32,000 nt of DNA from Candidatus Heimdallarchaeota archaeon (GCA_030149205.1 JASBSB010000006.1:90001-122000), one strand, 5' to 3'. Numbered from the stretch's first letter, positions 16,964 through 26,647 are shown. Notes: generated from the letters alone by a model not told the origin. Translations and numbers: made by a program.

Positions 16964-18706
16964 GTGTTAAATTACGAAGAAAGAATCCGACTTCTCCAAA
17001 CTCATGAGATGAAGAACCAGAGGGTCCTTTTTGACAGCTTTAAACTTTCAATAATTCTTGTGATCTTTCTAATTTTGTTTTTTGTGTATGGTACTTTTGT
17101 AAGTACACCCACACCCTATTATTTTGTTCTTCTTTCTTTATCAGCCGTAATTTTACTGTATGAATTTGCAATGTATAGAATGCAAAAATATCGAAATAGG
17201 TCATTCTCAAATATAAATTCAGTCAAGGTTTCATATTTTATAACTGGTTTACTGCTTGCAGCAATCCTCCCCGCTATCAAACCTTTCATTTCAATAATAA
17301 TTGTTTTTGAATATTCAAATTTCCAGTCTAATCCACTGAACATATTGATATACATGTTTTTAGAAGTCTTCGTTATAGCCTTGCTTGCGATCGTTACGAA
17401 TTTTATGTTAATCAAAATAGCCCTATTAAATGAAGAAACTAATAAGATTGAATATTTTGTGAATTCTCCTGCAGAAGTTTCATACTTGTCCTCAGTTCTA
17501 ACCGTTGGATTTATATCTGGAACTCTTGTGCTCTATTCTGGCTTAAACTATTATAACAAAAATCTACAATTAAATGGATTTTCCTTTAGCCTTGCAGGAA
17601 TAACAGCCTTTGATATAATTTTTTCATTTTATCTTTATTTTGGAATTTTCGCAGCATTAACGTCTCGGTTAATTTTTAAATTCAGTAATGGTATTTATTT
17701 AAAACAACCTAGCAGGAGTTCAGTTTTGAAGGCAATTGGTTATCTACTACTGATTTATCTATTCTTGGTTTTATTAGGACTGTTTGTCTTAAACTCTTAC
17801 TTCTCAAAGCTAGAACAAATAATATTCACAACCCAAGCTGTGAATTCAAACATATTGATAAACTCTCTTATTATACCTAATTTCCTTAGTTGGGGTATAA
17901 TAACAGTTTATATCATATCTCATCTTTCTATCCTTACACAACTGATATTTAGAGATAGGTATTGCAAGAGTTGCAATCGGATTTCCACTTCTAAATCTGA
18001 CTTCTGTGAAAATTGCCAGCCCTTGGAACAAAACAGTAAAAAATTAATAAATATTTCATTTTTCAAGCGAAAGATTCATGTACCGAACTGTCCTAGCTGT
18101 CAAAAAACCTGGAATAGCTTGTCAAGGAGATGTGATAAGTGCGGCTTTACTTTGTTAATAATATGTGATTTCTGCGGAAATACTATTAATCCTCTTTGGA
18201 AGACCTGTGCATATTGCAAATCTGACCTTATTCCTGTCCCAGAAGAGGTTCTAAGAGCTGAAAAGCTAAGGTATATCCCTCAGGCACTAACTGGAAGATT
18301 TCTAATATATATTATGCTGGGGATAGTTTTAACCACTAATTTATTGATCATAACTTATTATTATAATATTTTTGTCTTAGCTGTTTATCCTGAACTTCAA
18401 ACTTATTTTATTAGAGTCCTTGGACTTCCACTGATATATTCAGTATTCATTGCTATCAGTATTTTACCGGATTTACATTATGCAAGAGCTAAAGATGAAT
18501 TAGTATCAATAAACATGAAAATTTCTACAGAATACATCAAATTTATACTTTATTTTATTCTTATCTTGTTTTCATTCTACTTCGTCACACTGTTTTTGAA
18601 TAGAATTATAGTCTTTCTAATGTATGTAGTTGGTCTATCAGTTTGGACTTATTTCAAGGTTGATAAATTCCAAGCTGTGGTTCATGTAAATAAGGAGGAG
18701 ACATAA
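16964..18706 (+). CDS. Polytopic membrane protein with three internal zinc ribbons
   Basis: About 9 hydrophobic segments, then six CxxC motifs (CKSC, CENC, CPSC, CDKC, CDFC, CAYC; nt 17963-18218), then about 4 further TM segments. Confidence 0.8.
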   Translation: MLNYEERIRLLQTHEMKNQRVLFDSFKLSIILVIFLILFFVYGTFVSTPTPYYFVLLSLSAVILLYEFAMYRMQKYRNRSFSNINSVKVSYFITGLLLAAILPAIKPFISIIIVFEYSNFQSNPLNILIYMFLEVFVIALLAIVTNFMLIKIALLNEETNKIEYFVNSPAEVSYLSSVLTVGFISGTLVLYSGLNYYNKNLQLNGFSFSLAGITAFDIIFSFYLYFGIFAALTSRLIFKFSNGIYLKQPSRSSVLKAIGYLLLIYLFLVLLGLFVLNSYFSKLEQIIFTTQAVNSNILINSLIIPNFLSWGIITVYIISHLSILTQLIFRDRYCKSCNRISTSKSDFCENCQPLEQNSKKLINISFFKRKIHVPNCPSCQKTWNSLSRRCDKCGFTLLIICDFCGNTINPLWKTCAYCKSDLIPVPEEVLRAEKLRYIPQALTGRFLIYIMLGIVLTTNLLIITYYYNIFVLAVYPELQTYFIRVLGLPLIYSVFIAISILPDLHYARAKDELVSINMKISTEYIKFILYFILILFSFYFVTLFLNRIIVFLMYVVGLSVWTYFKVDKFQAVVHVNKEET

Positions 18707-18708
18707 TA

Positions 18709-19368
18709 ATGGATAAAGCAGATAATAAGTTAGCAAAAAAAATGGTGGGTCTAAAACAACCTAGATTTGCAACCTTACCTGGAAAACGAGTTCCATCACC
18801 AGTTAAATATCAATTGATAAGCAGAAAATCAAGAACCCAAAATTCAATTCAAGGTGATTTATTAACAATCATTGGTACTTTTTTAACGATAGTTTACACT
18901 CTGTTATTACATCCACCAAGGTTGTTCGATCAAGCATTAAACCCAGTCATTAATCTGGACATCTCAATTTATTTTATGCAACCAATTCTATCAACCTTAA
19001 TCACTGCTTTTCTAAGTATATTTTCCATTGGGTTCTTAATTTTTACCAGGGATATTTTGATAATCACCGTCTTGTGGTTCCTTTTGGGTATTGGAATTCA
19101 ACTCATTATACCCAGAAAGAGAACATCATCATTTAGTCTCTCCCTGTTACACTTAAAGTTAATTGCGCTCTCATTTTTCATTCTGATTGTTTTATTCTTA
19201 TTATTAATACCATTATCGTCATCAATCGTAGGAAATAGTTTTTCATCGTTTGGAGACCTAATTGCTGTTTCATTCCTATTTACGGTAATTTTTATACTTG
19301 AAATTCCTTTTGTATTTATAGGATCCGTAGGGATGATTCTTGGAGGATGGTTCGTAGTTGAAGAATAA
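18709..19368 (+). CDS. Uncharacterised membrane protein
   Basis: Basic ~50-aa N-terminus followed by about 5 hydrophobic segments; 2 nt after the previous stop. Confidence 0.7.
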   Translation: MDKADNKLAKKMVGLKQPRFATLPGKRVPSPVKYQLISRKSRTQNSIQGDLLTIIGTFLTIVYTLLLHPPRLFDQALNPVINLDISIYFMQPILSTLITAFLSIFSIGFLIFTRDILIITVLWFLLGIGIQLIIPRKRTSSFSLSLLHLKLIALSFFILIVLFLLLIPLSSSIVGNSFSSFGDLIAVSFLFTVIFILEIPFVFIGSVGMILGGWFVVEE

Positions 19369-20560
19369 GATAGTAGGTGTTCTTGCCTCATCCAGATCAT
19401 TAAAACCAAGCAGTATGGTGACTTATAGACGATTCATTGCTTTAATCCTAATTTTAATCCTCACCATTCTAATTTTACTTGCACAGGGGGCGTCTCAATA
19501 TTCTCCAATTGGCAAAACAGAAAATCCACCGATTATTGATAGTGGAAACCCAGGAAATGGGTTATCTGTTACTCCCCCTAATCTTCCATCCAATGGAGGT
19601 GGACTCCCAGGTGGTGGAAATCTTCCCTCTGGAATTAACCTACCAACATTTCCTGGAGGTAATCTCCCACCTGGTGCTGGATTACCGACTGGGGGTTTTG
19701 GAAACCCATCATTCTCTCTTCCCACCGGATTTACTCCACCAACCTTTCTACCCCCCCCAGGTATAAGTATTAACCCACCTACATTTAACCCTCCAACCTT
19801 TGGGAACCCCACAATTAATCCCCCCACACTTAACCCTCCAACTGCCCCAAATATTCCTAACAATCCAAATATTACTGGGATCCCCGATATAAATTTTGGA
19901 GGTAACCTTTTTGATTATAATAAACTTCCTAGAAAGGCTCAGGTTTTACCCGATATACAATTGAATTTAAATTTTGAAATTCCGTACATTGGATACAAAG
20001 TCAGCTTGTTGGGATTATTAATGGCTCTCGTTTTCATATCCGCAGTAGGTTTGTTGAACCAGTATACACAATTTCTGAATTCATTAAATTCTGAAAACTT
20101 CATAAAGAAAAGAAGACGAATGGATATCAAAACTCAGTCTGATGAAGAAGAAATAACAAATTCAGCAATTCCTATGACAGAAGAGATAGAACGTCAGAGG
20201 AGGTTATTAACCTTCAGAGACCATGTAATTGGCATCATTGATCAAACTGAACTTAGAATAAACAAGATCACACCCTCAGAAACAGTGATATTAGGATATT
20301 ATGATTTGGAGACCGCCTTCGAAAAATTCTCTACCTTAAGACGTGATGTTGGAGAAACTCCTTTAGAACATGCAACTAAATCATTTAAGGAAGGAGAAAT
20401 AAATAATGAAGCCTTAGAGACAATTGTCCAGCTGTTTTACGATGCAAAATATGGCGAGTATAAAAAGAACATAGAAGATGTAAAGATGTTCATAAACGAG
20501 CTTTATGAGCTGGTTCCTGATAAGCCAGAAGTTGAGGTTATTGAGAATGAAGGTCAATAA
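19358..20560 (+). CDS. Membrane protein with Pro/Gly-rich repeat region and C-terminal DUF4129-like domain
   Basis: TM at aa ~26-42, Pro/Gly/Asn repeats, second TM, C-terminal GYYDLE...RRDVGETPLEH...LFYDAKYG; SD GGAGG (19342-46) before the TTG start. Confidence 0.75.
   Translation: MKNKIVGVLASSRSLKPSSMVTYRRFIALILILILTILILLAQGASQYSPIGKTENPPIIDSGNPGNGLSVTPPNLPSNGGGLPGGGNLPSGINLPTFPGGNLPPGAGLPTGGFGNPSFSLPTGFTPPTFLPPPGISINPPTFNPPTFGNPTINPPTLNPPTAPNIPNNPNITGIPDINFGGNLFDYNKLPRKAQVLPDIQLNLNFEIPYIGYKVSLLGLLMALVFISAVGLLNQYTQFLNSLNSENFIKKRRRMDIKTQSDEEEITNSAIPMTEEIERQRRLLTFRDHVIGIIDQTELRINKITPSETVILGYYDLETAFEKFSTLRRDVGETPLEHATKSFKEGEINNEALETIVQLFYDAKYGEYKKNIEDVKMFINELYELVPDKPEVEVIENEGQ
19523..19902 (+). 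repeat. Intragenic Pro/Gly low-complexity repeats (LPxG and NPPT units)
   Basis: LPGG, LPSG, LPPG, LPTG (x2), followed by INPPTFNPPTFGNPTINPPTLNPPT; C-rich DNA with ~15-nt periodicity around 19770-19845. Confidence 0.85.
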
Positions 20561-21833
20561 AAGGATAATACTTTTCATTATTCCCATAATTTTGTTCCTA
20601 AGTCTTTTGGTATTTAGAAGCCATATTGCATACATCCCACAAAGATCCATTTTAGACAAGGGTGAATATGGTCTGTCTGAATATTCTAAAGGAGTCAGCG
20701 AATGGTTAAAGTCACCAGTCCAAAGATCTGTAATTTCATCCTTTTCAGCGACACAAAAAGCTATAAATCAAACTATCGTAATTGATGGAGGAAACAGGCA
20801 ATTTACGCCAAGTGAGGTAAGAAGCTACGTTGAATTTGTAGAAAAGGGTGGAGGTCTCATCGTTTTTGAGGATTTTGGCCCAGCGAGAGCGATAGTAAAC
20901 GCATTTGGGATAAGTTACCTACCAGGCGTAATACGAGAAACCAATCCTGCACTTTATACAAATTCTCCAGATAAACCAATCATATTTGAGCAAGTTTTTT
21001 CAAGAATACTTAAGGGATACTCAATTAACCCTCTTCAGTTAAATAGGGCAAACGCTGTAATAGATTTAGAGGGGTTTTCAAGAGGAACAACCTTTCCCAT
21101 CCTACTGTCCAACTCATCCACAACTTACCTAGATATAAATGACGACAACAAGATTCAAAGTAGTGAACCTGTGGGTCGCCCCTTACCTCTTGGTTTATTG
21201 AAGATTGTCAAGAAAGGTTTTTTTGTAGTTATAGCAGATTCCACATTCCCTCTTAATTTCAATTGGAACCGAAAGATCAGCATTTCTAACCAATCATTTA
21301 TTCCTGGAAACGGTGCCTATAGTTTGGTTTTGACTGCATACATGATGGCTTTAACACATTCAAAACTATTGATTTTTGATGAATCACATCTCTCAATTGA
21401 CCCAACCAGTTTTACTGGGTTCACAAGTTGGATAGTAGGTGCATTGATTGGAATAATATACTCACCAGAGTTGATATTTCTTATTTCGTTACTGGTAATC
21501 ATCATTATTACAAATCAAATTCGTTTTATTTTTAAGAAGAAAACCCAAGAACCTTCATCTCGAGTCAGTTTCATTTCTAAACCGACCAGAAGTGAAAAGA
21601 CGTTATCAGAAGTTTTCCTTCTGGAAAAGGTAATGAAGGTTGGAATCCTTCCAACCGTATGCATTTATTTTTATGAGCAGATAAAATCTATAGAAGGAAA
21701 TGCAGAAATAGATAGAAGGATCTTTGAAGAGCTGAATAAATCAATTTATGATCTTGAAACAGAGAAGGAGTTTTGGCAGTTAAATGAGCTTTTGAGAAAT
21801 TATGTTTCAGAGAATAAAAAAAAGTGGGTATAA
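20547..21833 (+). CDS. DUF4350-like membrane-anchored protein (ORF-track start 20505; preferred ATG 20547)
   Basis: N-terminal TM; GEYGLSEY, FTPSEVRSYVEFVEKGGGLIVFEDF, GFFVVIADS, LLIFDESH; C-terminal TM. SD GAGGT at 20534-38. Confidence 0.7.
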   Translation: MKVNKRIILFIIPIILFLSLLVFRSHIAYIPQRSILDKGEYGLSEYSKGVSEWLKSPVQRSVISSFSATQKAINQTIVIDGGNRQFTPSEVRSYVEFVEKGGGLIVFEDFGPARAIVNAFGISYLPGVIRETNPALYTNSPDKPIIFEQVFSRILKGYSINPLQLNRANAVIDLEGFSRGTTFPILLSNSSTTYLDINDDNKIQSSEPVGRPLPLGLLKIVKKGFFVVIADSTFPLNFNWNRKISISNQSFIPGNGAYSLVLTAYMMALTHSKLLIFDESHLSIDPTSFTGFTSWIVGALIGIIYSPELIFLISLLVIIIITNQIRFIFKKKTQEPSSRVSFISKPTRSEKTLSEVFLLEKVMKVGILPTVCIYFYEQIKSIEGNAEIDRRIFEELNKSIYDLETEKEFWQLNELLRNYVSENKKKWV

Positions 21834-22845
21834 GATAAATAAATTTCAAATTATTGAGGAGATAGGAAAAATACTAATAAGTGCCTATTTAAGAAATTCA
21901 AATGTGTTAAGTCCTGTCAAAATCAAAGAAATAACTGATAACATTTTATCTGAAAGCAGTAAGAGATTAGTTGGGTATGAATTTTATTTGAAAAAAATTT
22001 TAATTTCTCTATGGGCAGACGGGCATGTCTTACTTGAAGGAAATCCTGGATTGGCCAAAACTTTAGCTGCATCAACTTTAGCGAAGATTCTGGGGGTACA
22101 TTTCAGTAGAGTACAGTTTACACCAGATTTAATGCCTTCAGACATAACGGGAGTAAATGTATTTAATCAAAAGACCAAAGAATTTGAATTTATTGAAGGT
22201 CCTGTATTTACCAATCTGTTACTTTGTGATGAGATCAATAGGTCACCTCCCAAAACACAAGCTGCTCTTTTGGAGTCAATGCAGGAGAGACAGGTCTCAG
22301 TTGAAGGAGAAGCGCGACTACTTCCAAAGCCTTTTTTAGTTTTGGCAACTCAAAACCCCCTTGAGAATGCAGGGGTCTACCCCCTCCCAGAGGCCCAACA
22401 GGACAGATTCTTGATGAGACTACTAATAAATCTCCCAACCAAAGAAAATGAGAAAAAGATGTTGGTAATGAAAAGCAAGGATCTTAATCCTGATGTAGAT
22501 ATTTTATATACCAGCCAAACTATTTTGGATATACAAAATTCAATTCCAGCTATAAAGATATCAGAAAAAGTAATGGACTACATCTTAAACATAGTTACCT
22601 CCACACGAGAGAATGTAAATTTAGAACTCGGGGCTTCTCCTCGAGCAAGCATAGCATTAATGCAATTAGGAAAAGCTTATGCTGCAATCAATGGTAGAGA
22701 CTATGTAACACCAGATGATATCAAAGTTATTGCATTTGATGTCTTAAATCACAGGGTCGTTCTTTCAAATGAGGCAGAACTTGACAGAATTGATTTGAGA
22801 GACGTGATATTTGAGATTATAAAAAATTCAGAGGTCGAGATTTAA
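21802..22845 (+). CDS. moxR: MoxR-family AAA+ ATPase
   Basis: HVLLEGNPGLAKT (Walker A), RVQFTPDLMPSDITG, DEINR (Walker B), ATQNP, YPLPEAQQDRF, GASPRAS, RDYVTPDDIK. True start may be downstream of 21802. Confidence 0.95.
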   Translation: MFQRIKKSGYKINKFQIIEEIGKILISAYLRNSNVLSPVKIKEITDNILSESSKRLVGYEFYLKKILISLWADGHVLLEGNPGLAKTLAASTLAKILGVHFSRVQFTPDLMPSDITGVNVFNQKTKEFEFIEGPVFTNLLLCDEINRSPPKTQAALLESMQERQVSVEGEARLLPKPFLVLATQNPLENAGVYPLPEAQQDRFLMRLLINLPTKENEKKMLVMKSKDLNPDVDILYTSQTILDIQNSIPAIKISEKVMDYILNIVTSTRENVNLELGASPRASIALMQLGKAYAAINGRDYVTPDDIKVIAFDVLNHRVVLSNEAELDRIDLRDVIFEIIKNSEVEI

Positions 22846-22849
22846 TCCT

Positions 22850-24211
22850 ATGCGTGTCGAATTTACAAAAAATGGGTTAAACATTACCATTTTTTCGATT
22901 ATCATTTTGATTTTAGCTGTGAGTCTACAGTCGTTCATCTTTCTCATCTTGGGCCTGTCTTTAGCCACATATCTCTTAACAGTTTCCTTGTTTGTTGCTT
23001 CTCAAGAAAAACCTCAACTTGACCTTCAATTTTCACCCCGCCACTTTCAAGTGTATAGGTACGAGGTTGAGTTAATTAATATCAAGGTGTATAATAGGTC
23101 TAATTCAGAGGTTCCATTTATAACCCTAGAAGTCGGACATTCTGTCAATTTAAAACTAGTTGGAGCTCCATCAGTGATTAGCTTTGGGTTAAAAGCTGGT
23201 GAAGAACTAGAGTTAAATCTGCCCATCTTACCTACTGAAAGGGGAAAACACCAATTTGGCCCCTTAAGGCTATCGATCTCTGATTACCTTGGCATATTTA
23301 AAACCAAAATTTCAGAATATGATCCTATTACCCTAAGAATTTTCCCGGCAAGAGTTACGAGAAGAGTAAACCCACTTAGAGCAAAGCAGGTGTTTTCCCA
23401 GCTTATCGGTGTCTATGCCCAAAGAAGGAAAGGGATCAGTAACAAATTTCAGAGCCTAAGAGAATATGTGCGTGGAGACCCTTCAAAAATTATCTCGTGG
23501 GCAGCTACAGCAAAATTAAACAAACTCATCTCAAAAGAATTTGAAGATGAGAGGGAATTAGAGGTTGTAATTGCACTTCAAGGAGGTGCTTCAATGAAAG
23601 GTAAGCTATTTGATTTCGCTCTTGGGAGTGTAACAGATATCTATGAACCCATTCTAAGGGAAGGTCACAGTGTTGGATTTTTATACTTTGATAAGGTTGT
23701 AAAAAATTATTTCGAGCCAAGTTTGAACAAACGGCAGTTAATGCAAATTTGGGGTGAAATCTATGATCTTGAAGTCAATGATGATTACGCAAATTATTCT
23801 CAACTTCAACAGTTCATATTAAGAAAGAAAATTACGAACAAGTTGATAATTATTATTGGGAACAATAGCTCTCCATTGATTGAAATTCGAGATTCTCTTA
23901 AAAAAATGATACTTCAGAAGAATTCGGTTTTATTTATTGATTTATGGAATTATGGGTTCTCCTACAAAGAACCTATAGCTGACCTGGCAAAATTCTATGC
24001 TGGTAGTGACTATGAGAGTTTTGTTTCTAATATTCTGGATCCCGCTTTGGATTTTGAAGAAATATTTGAATCCGCAAAGTTCAAGGCTGAGCTAAGAAAA
24101 CTTAATGTAGGATATGCTTTTGTGTCAGGACCGAAAGACACTGTTGTGGACGCAATAGAAAGGGCAATTAGAACCCTTTCAAGAACAGGACATCAATTAG
24201 TGAGGGTATAA
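22850..24211 (+). CDS. DUF58-family protein (vWA-like partner of MoxR)
   Basis: Two N-terminal TMs, ERGKHQFGPL, and the signature LREYVRGDPSKIISWAATAKLNKLISKEFEDE. Confidence 0.9.
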   Translation: MRVEFTKNGLNITIFSIIILILAVSLQSFIFLILGLSLATYLLTVSLFVASQEKPQLDLQFSPRHFQVYRYEVELINIKVYNRSNSEVPFITLEVGHSVNLKLVGAPSVISFGLKAGEELELNLPILPTERGKHQFGPLRLSISDYLGIFKTKISEYDPITLRIFPARVTRRVNPLRAKQVFSQLIGVYAQRRKGISNKFQSLREYVRGDPSKIISWAATAKLNKLISKEFEDERELEVVIALQGGASMKGKLFDFALGSVTDIYEPILREGHSVGFLYFDKVVKNYFEPSLNKRQLMQIWGEIYDLEVNDDYANYSQLQQFILRKKITNKLIIIIGNNSSPLIEIRDSLKKMILQKNSVLFIDLWNYGFSYKEPIADLAKFYAGSDYESFVSNILDPALDFEEIFESAKFKAELRKLNVGYAFVSGPKDTVVDAIERAIRTLSRTGHQLVRV

Positions 24212-24213
24212 AC

Positions 24214-24984
24214 ATGGATGACTATCAATTATATTATGAAAGTGGATATGATTATACCAACCCATGGGAGGAACAATCAACAATTCTAATAAAAAGAATT
24301 TTTGTTCTTCTCCTCTTTGTCGGTATAACCCTCACTTTTACATATGGGTCACGCCAATTCCTATCATTAGCAATCTTATTAGTATTGGTCATCATACACC
24401 AAATATCAGGTTTCAGAATTATTCAATCTAAATCAACAATTTACATTCTTATTTTGATTTTATTTCTATCAGGGGCAGAACAATACTTTGCTGGAAAACT
24501 AATAGATTTATCTGGTTCAATAATTTCTACTCTTAATTTTTATTTTTCTGCATTGTTGTTGATTTGGGTTTTTTTAATATTCTTCCAAATTGGGTTGGTT
24601 TATAACAACCAACCTTTCAAATTTGAGAAAAACACTGTTTTTCCAAAAACTGTGGAAAAGCAGGAAGCATTATTGAATTTCTTAGAGAGGATGAAAGCAA
24701 CAGGGTATAGTGTTGATTTTACTTCTTTAGAATCCAATGTGAATAACTACAGGAACTTTTTTCTTAAACTCATTGGAGCCATTGTAATAGTAATATTAAT
24801 TCTCCTAGGTTTAAATGAATTAACATGGTTTTTTTATAACTTTCAAAGATCCCCAGTTTCACTAAGAGAACAGTACGACATCCCACTTTTAACCTTCTTT
24901 GGGACAATAATGATCGTCCTGGTGATTATCGTGGTTAGTTGGTCCACTGAGGATAAAAGTAAACTAAAAGAAAATAATCAATAG
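24214..24984 (+). CDS. Uncharacterised membrane protein
   Basis: About 6 hydrophobic segments; 2 nt after the DUF58 stop. Confidence 0.7.
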   Translation: MDDYQLYYESGYDYTNPWEEQSTILIKRIFVLLLFVGITLTFTYGSRQFLSLAILLVLVIIHQISGFRIIQSKSTIYILILILFLSGAEQYFAGKLIDLSGSIISTLNFYFSALLLIWVFLIFFQIGLVYNNQPFKFEKNTVFPKTVEKQEALLNFLERMKATGYSVDFTSLESNVNNYRNFFLKLIGAIVIVILILLGLNELTWFFYNFQRSPVSLREQYDIPLLTFFGTIMIVLVIIVVSWSTEDKSKLKENNQ

Positions 24985-25033
24985 CCACGTTATAATGAAG
25001 CAGGTTAATAAAGCTTGATTAGATACAGTAATT

Positions 25034-25789
25034 GTGGAAGAAGAATCTCTTTTTGATGCAAAGGTTATCGAGAGAGATGTCGACAAAATCGCCTTAATAG
25101 CGGACATCCATTCCAACCTGCCAGCCTTAAAAGCAGTCATGAATGATATGAAGAGTAAGGAATTTGATGCTATTTATAATCTAGGAGACCTTGTAGGATA
25201 TTACTCTCAACCTCTTGAAGTATTGGATGAAATAGTTGATAAACTTGATGTAAGTGTAATGGGTAATCATGATTGGGCATCCATTGATCTAAACAACCCC
25301 TTGTTCAAAATCGCTAGACCTGCAGCACAGGAGAGCTTAGTATTTACAAATAAGCTCTTGAGAGAAAAAGACAAAAAATTCATTAAAACCCTACCCTTAA
25401 AATGTATTGTTGAAACTCCACATGGTTCTCTAACACTTGTTCACGGTCATCCTGTGACAATATTTGATTACATCTATGGAACAACTAAACGACTTTTCGA
25501 CAAATCTATTCAAAGCGCATTAAATGCAGTTAAGACAGACTATTTATTTGTGGGTCATTCCCATATCCAAGGTGATTTTGTTGGAAGTAAGGGTAAGATA
25601 TTTGTCAATCCTGGATCTATTGGACAGCCACGTGATAATGATTTTCGATCTGCGTATGCAATTGTTGATCTTAAAAACAAAACCCATGAGTTAATCAGAG
25701 TCTCATACGATATAGAATCAGTGATTAAAAGTGTGCATAAATGTCACCTTCCTAGCGAGTTAGGATCACGTTTAAAATTTGGAATTTAG
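25034..25789 (+). CDS. Calcineurin-like metallophosphoesterase (MJ0912/PPP-like)
   Basis: DIHSN, GDLVGY, GNHD, HG, GHSH, NPGSIGQPRD, SAYA. Confidence 0.92.
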   Translation: MEEESLFDAKVIERDVDKIALIADIHSNLPALKAVMNDMKSKEFDAIYNLGDLVGYYSQPLEVLDEIVDKLDVSVMGNHDWASIDLNNPLFKIARPAAQESLVFTNKLLREKDKKFIKTLPLKCIVETPHGSLTLVHGHPVTIFDYIYGTTKRLFDKSIQSALNAVKTDYLFVGHSHIQGDFVGSKGKIFVNPGSIGQPRDNDFRSAYAIVDLKNKTHELIRVSYDIESVIKSVHKCHLPSELGSRLKFGI

Positions 25790-25826
25790 AGTACGAATTT
25801 AGGAACTGATACTATATTCTCCTATA

Positions 25827-25833
25827 TTTTTTT
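25827..25833 (+). terminator. Putative oligo-T terminator
   Basis: T7 run 38 nt after the phosphoesterase stop; archaeal intrinsic terminators are oligo-T tracts. Confidence 0.4.
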
Positions 25834-25920
25834 CTGGGTTTAAGTAATTTTATAATTTGAGAAAGGTAAGACTTATATTGCGATAATTTGATTAGCTATT
25901 GAGAATCCACATTCGAAGAA

Positions 25921-26577
25921 TTGGGTACGAAGTTCGTTGGTGAAGTAATGTTAGATTTGCTGTTTAAAGTTGAGCTTGAAATTAAGAAAACTATTGAGAA
26001 TCATCATAATCAGCATAACAGTCACCTCTTCAGACATGAATCCGGGAGAAGATTGCTTCTTTCAGAGGTTAAAAAAATCGGTGTACAAGATGGTCCAATT
26101 ATTGGAGCATTAGTTATTTTTTACGCCCCCAGTTATTTTATGACAATAGATAGAATAATTTCAAAGACTGGTAGGTTTAAAAAGAAAAGAAGAATCATTT
26201 ATCATTTAAATTCAAGAGCTGGACAGATAGGATCAACGCTTTTGCTAGAGTTACTAAAAATTTCAGATGGACAAATATTTAGTAAGCCAGAGTTTGTTCA
26301 ATTTATTGATAAAAATTATTTCAGACAACTACATATCTCAAGTGGAGAGATTAATGAGGCATTATCTAGAATGTTTAGAAAGACTATGAAAGACTATTTC
26401 AAAGTTGAAGGAAAGATGCTTAACAGGAAACCATTTTCAATTTATTTCCAAGAAGTTACCATAAAAAATCCAATTTCTGAAAAAGAGAAACTCACCTATG
26501 ATAGAACAAAAATAGAGATTGATAACAAAGTTTCATCTTATATCAATGAATTAAACAGAGTTATCAGAGCAATTTAA
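25921..26577 (+). CDS. Hypothetical basic soluble protein (ATG at 25948 is a likely start)
   Basis: Open frame of about 210 aa with typical codon composition; no motif recognised. Confidence 0.6.
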   Translation: MGTKFVGEVMLDLLFKVELEIKKTIENHHNQHNSHLFRHESGRRLLLSEVKKIGVQDGPIIGALVIFYAPSYFMTIDRIISKTGRFKKKRRIIYHLNSRAGQIGSTLLLELLKISDGQIFSKPEFVQFIDKNYFRQLHISSGEINEALSRMFRKTMKDYFKVEGKMLNRKPFSIYFQEVTIKNPISEKEKLTYDRTKIEIDNKVSSYINELNRVIRAI

Positions 26578-26647
26578 TTTTCGTTCAATTCCTTAGTTGT
26601 TATCAGATAAATTTTAGTAATTTCTTGTTATAAACATATTATTAGAA

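Noticed and set aside
19495-19863. Gly-rich collagen-looking minus-strand ORF
   Set aside because: Antisense mirror of the Pro-rich codons (CCN read as GGN); no independent start signals.
25034-25789. Vps29 (retromer) assignment for the phosphoesterase next to a Rab-like gene
   Set aside because: Has a full catalytic motif set and GQPRD typical of MJ0912/PPP-like enzymes, not Vps29.
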